A stretch of 64,000 nt of DNA from Alphaproteobacteria bacterium (GTDB lineage: Bacteria > Pseudomonadota > Alphaproteobacteria > Bin95). Position numbers and translations under genes: made by a program. The first letter of the stretch is position 1. The number at the start of each line of letters is the position of its first letter. Location of the stretch: contig CBDBGH010000003.1 in NCBI GenBank assembly GCA_965205265.1, forward strand, positions 992,001 to 1,056,000, read 5' to 3'. Under the pieces are notes generated by a model. The model was given only the letters and a program-made list of their open reading frames with translations. It made no database searches and was not told the DNA's origin. Below are positions 55,169 to 64,000 of the stretch, piece by piece.

Positions 55169-55197
55169 TGTATAGCGGCGGCGGGGGCCGAGTTCAA
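55169..55197 (-). promoter_or_regulatory. Putative tRNA promoter
   Basis: TTGAAC-N17-TATACA. Confidence 0.6.
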
Positions 55198-55245
55198 CGG
55201 GGTGCGGCGGCACGAAACGCCGAAAGGGCGGCAGAGAGGGACGGC

Positions 55246-58827
<3,582 letters not shown>

Positions 58828-58868
58828 GGGCGGGGTCGATTGCTTTGCTAATGACTTGAATGTAGACA

Positions 58869-58980
58869 AATGGGCAGAAAACGATAAAAATATACAGGAA
58901 TGGGCAGAAAATGACAGAAGTGGGCAGAAAATGGCAAAAACGCACAGGAATGGGCAGAAGATAGCCCGACTCGGGCAGAA
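58869..58980 (+). repeat. AT-rich array of degenerate 10-bp units (core TGGGCAGAA)
   Basis: TGGGCAGAA at 58871, 58901, 58921 and 58951, GGGCAGAA at 58973; intervening degenerate decamers are in phase. Confidence 0.85.
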
Positions 58981-58991
58981 TTGCATTTGAA

Positions 58992-59088
58992 ATGAATGAC
59001 TTTCAAGGCCGCGCCTTGCCGGAACCGGCGGAACCGGCCGGCTATTCATGGCTGATCGACCGCTACGGTCTCAATCTTCCTTTGCCCC
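58992..59088 (+). pseudogene. 5' fragment of the Fic gene, before the IS21 insertion
   Basis: MNDFQGRALPEPAEPAGYSWLIDRYGLNLPLP; joins in frame with PRLAAIA... once the IS and one TSD copy are removed. Confidence 0.85.
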
Positions 59089-59349
59089 TATAGCGCGACA
59101 ATCTGGGTGAGAGCCGCGCGTCAATCAGGATGAGATTCCCCGGCGGCATCGGCGAGTTGATGATTGTCGCGCGGGGCGCGGATTGCAAGCGGTTTCGGAT
59201 TTTGATTGTCGCGGCGCGACAAACAGGGTTTTCGGAGAGCGTTTTGATTGTCGCGGGGGGGCCGTCGGGTCGGAGAAGAGACGGCCCGCGGAGGCGATTC
59301 CCGCGGGCTGTGAGTGTTGTGGCCGCTGGGCCGATCTGGCGGCAGCGGT

Positions 59350-61697
<2,348 letters not shown>

Positions 61698-61877
61698 CTA
61701 CTCGGAAAAACGTCACCGTTCGCCCAGCCGACCGACCCCGCCAGAAGGTCCAGGAAAAATTTTTGAGGCGGCGGCCCGGAACTCCGGTCGGGCTACGCCC
61801 TCCCTCCGTTCCGGGCCGCCGCCTTCCCCCGTCTCATCCTGATTGTCGCCAGCGTCTCAAGCTGATTGTCGCGCCGC

Positions 61878-63305
61878 ATGCCCCCGAGATTGGCCGCAAT
61901 TGCCGGGCGCGACCACCCGCGCACGACGCCGGACTGGTTGCTGTTGCGGCCTTCCCGCCGCCCGCAACCGACCCTGGCGGAGCATCTGGCGTTCGCCTTC
62001 CGGCGAGAGGGGATCGACCTTTCCGTGCTTCACGCCCTGTTCGCAGTCTTGCCCGCCGGAGAGGTGGCGGCCGCGGTGCGCGCGCAGCCGGCCGGTGCGT
62101 TGTCCCGCCGGCTCTGGTTCATCTACGAGTGGCTGACCGGCGAGCGGCTCGACCTGCCGGATGCCAACGCGGCGCGCTATGTTCCGATTGTGGACACTCG
62201 CCTTCAGTTCGCTTTGTCCGGCGGCGAGCGTTCACGGCGTCACAAGGTGCTGGACAATCTGCCCGGCACGCCTGCCTTCTGCCCGATGGCGCGGCGCACG
62301 CCGGCGCTCGATGCGGCCCGCGCCCTGCAACTCGATGCCCGCGCCCGCGACACCGCCGGCCGGGTGCATCCGGACCTTATGACGCGCGCGGCGTCGTTCC
62401 TTCTGCTCAACGACACGAAGTCGTCCTTCGCCATCGAAGGCGAACGGCCATCGAGCGCCCGTGCCGCCCGGTGGGGCCGGGCCATTGCCGAGGCCGGCCG
62501 GCGGACGCCCGACCGCGCCGAGCTAGAGCGTCTCCAGCGCATCGTCATCGAGGATGCGCGCTTCGTGCGGCTCGGCCTTCGCGATGAAGGCGGCTTCGTG
62601 GGGCTGCACGACCGGATCGACGGCTCCCCGCTGCCGGACCATGTCAGCGCTCGTCCGGAGGACCTGCCGGGGTTGGTAAACGGTATTGCCGAGTACTGCG
62701 CGCGTGCGGTGGCAGGTAGGCTGGACTCCGTTGTAGCGGCTGCGGTTGCCGCCTTCGGTTTCGTCTATGTCCATCCGTTCGAGGACGGGAACGGCCGTAT
62801 CCACCGCTGGCTGATCCACCATGTGCTGGCGGCGGCGGGCTACACGCCGCCCGGTGTCGTGTTCCCGGTCAGCGCCGCCATTCTGAGCCGTATCGGGGAC
62901 TACCGCCGGGTGCTCGAATCCCGCTCATCCGCCCTGCTGCCCTTCATCGATTGGCGGGCGACGGAGGGCGGCAATGTCGAGGTGCTGAACGACACGGCCG
63001 CCTTCTACCGCTATTTCGACGCGACGGCCCACGCCGGGTTCCTCTACGAGTGCATCGAACGGACGGTGGAAGAGGACCTGTCGCGCGAAATCCGGTTCCT
63101 CATCGCCTTCGACCGCTTCGCCGCCGGCGTGAAGGAGATGGCGGACATGCCGGACCGCCGGTTGGAATTGCTGCGCGGCTTTCTGGAGCAGAACGGCGGC
63201 AGGCTTTCCGCCCGCGCCCGCAGCCGGGAGTTCGCAGCCCTGACCGACGAGGAGGCAGCCCGCATCGAGCGGCTTTATGCGGATAGCTTCGGGGAGTCCC
63301 AATAG
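61878..63305 (+). CDS. Fic-family protein, main 3' portion after the IS21 insertion
   Basis: Catalytic HPFEDGNGRIHR and inhibitory-type SFAIEG motifs; no internal stops. Confidence 0.9.
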   Translation: MPPRLAAIAGRDHPRTTPDWLLLRPSRRPQPTLAEHLAFAFRREGIDLSVLHALFAVLPAGEVAAAVRAQPAGALSRRLWFIYEWLTGERLDLPDANAARYVPIVDTRLQFALSGGERSRRHKVLDNLPGTPAFCPMARRTPALDAARALQLDARARDTAGRVHPDLMTRAASFLLLNDTKSSFAIEGERPSSARAARWGRAIAEAGRRTPDRAELERLQRIVIEDARFVRLGLRDEGGFVGLHDRIDGSPLPDHVSARPEDLPGLVNGIAEYCARAVAGRLDSVVAAAVAAFGFVYVHPFEDGNGRIHRWLIHHVLAAAGYTPPGVVFPVSAAILSRIGDYRRVLESRSSALLPFIDWRATEGGNVEVLNDTAAFYRYFDATAHAGFLYECIERTVEEDLSREIRFLIAFDRFAAGVKEMADMPDRRLELLRGFLEQNGGRLSARARSREFAALTDEEAARIERLYADSFGESQ

Positions 63306-63354
63306 GTATCGCGTAGTCCGGTCGGACTGAAACCCGTCGCCCCGGCCCCCGATC

Positions 63355-64000
63355 CTACCGTATGCACACATCTGCCATGGAGAGTGTTGAACGGGGTGTT
63401 TCCCTTGTCGGTGTCCTGTGATTCTCCGGTTCTCCGGAGCTGACGGGAACCGGGAGGGTCGGACATGGACAATGAGGCTTCGCATTTCGGGGACCGCCGG
63501 ATTGACGAGGCGGGCCGGTTCCTGCACGACCGGCTTGTCAGGCGCGGTCCCCGGGGCATCTCCGTTCGCAGCGTGGGCGGGACCCGCGCGGGCGAGGTAC
63601 GCATCGGGCGGTTCCTGCGAAACGGGAGGGTCACGGTGGAGAAGGTGGTGGCGCAGGCCGCGCGGGGCACGGCGGGCCGTGTCGCTGGCCTGCATGTGCT
63701 GGCGATCCAGGACACGACGAACTTCCGCAACAGCGGCGGCGGCACGGGTGTGGTCGGCCACGCCACGATCGCGGTGGAGGCCGAGGCAGGGGCCCTTCTC
63801 GGCCTGGTTGCCACGCAGGTGATCGCGCGGTCCGGCGGCCAGAAGGCGTCGAAGCCGGCGCCGCCCTGCGACAAGCAGAGCCGGCGCTGGCTCGACGGCA
63901 TGCAGGAGAGCGCGCGCCTGCTGGAAGCGGGGGCGGCGCGCGTGACGGCGGTGGCGGACCGGGAAGGCGACATCTACGAGATGTTCGCCTGCCGGCCCGA
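63355..64000 (+). mobile_element. IS4-family element (IS50/Tn5-like), truncated by the window end
   Basis: Terminal CTACCGTATGCACACATCT resembles IS50-type 19-bp ends and precedes a transposase ORF. Confidence 0.8.
63465..64000 (+). CDS. IS4-family transposase, partial
   Basis: Not in the ORF track (no stop). Manual translation: MDNEASHFGDRR...RFLRNGRV...VLAIQDTT...KQSRRW...VADREGDIYE. Confidence 0.88.
   Translation, partial: MDNEASHFGDRRIDEAGRFLHDRLVRRGPRGISVRSVGGTRAGEVRIGRFLRNGRVTVEKVVAQAARGTAGRVAGLHVLAIQDTTNFRNSGGGTGVVGHATIAVEAEAGALLGLVATQVIARSGGQKASKPAPPCDKQSRRWLDGMQESARLLEAGAARVTAVADREGDIYEMFACRP

Noticed and set aside
58869-58980. CRISPR interpretation of the decamer array or REP clusters
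   Set aside because: No constant 23-47-bp repeats with unique spacers, and no cas genes.
61767-61823. Strong hairpin upstream of istA as a separate ncRNA
   Set aside because: It lies inside the IS21 boundaries and is best treated as part of the element.

Overview
High-GC alphaproteobacterial (Rhodospirillales-like, inferred from synteny) chromosomal segment. Housekeeping blocks are purD/xseA; cinA-pgpA-ispDF divergent from ntrB-ntrC-ntrY-ntrX-trkA-dat-HAD-hfq-hflX; recG/sdhE/mfd; pheA-kdsB divergent from a cytochrome c and hisN-like gene; and tRNA-Pro(CGG). Interleaved are catabolic genes: a GcvT-like demethylase with a GlxA-type regulator, TauD dioxygenase, a Dpp/Opp ABC system, acyl-CoA enzymes, AtuA/DUF4387, LLM oxidoreductase, and two hydantoinase/oxoprolinase systems. 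Intergenic spaces carry several REP-like palindrome families and nested MITE-like structures. At the right end a Fic gene is split by a complete IS21-family element and followed by an IS4-family element. The most unusual observations are: (1) two diverged copies, about 40 kb apart, of a promoter-bearing bipartite non-coding cassette, one nearly empty and one carrying a repeat-protein cargo; (2) a helically phased 10-bp repeat array upstream of the Fic gene; (3) an IS21 junction that recreates an in-frame ATG for that gene; (4) an orphan promoter with a LexA-box-like site and no ORF behind it; (5) a single in-frame TAG in an otherwise intact acyl-CoA dehydrogenase. All calls come from reading the sequence; no database searches were run.
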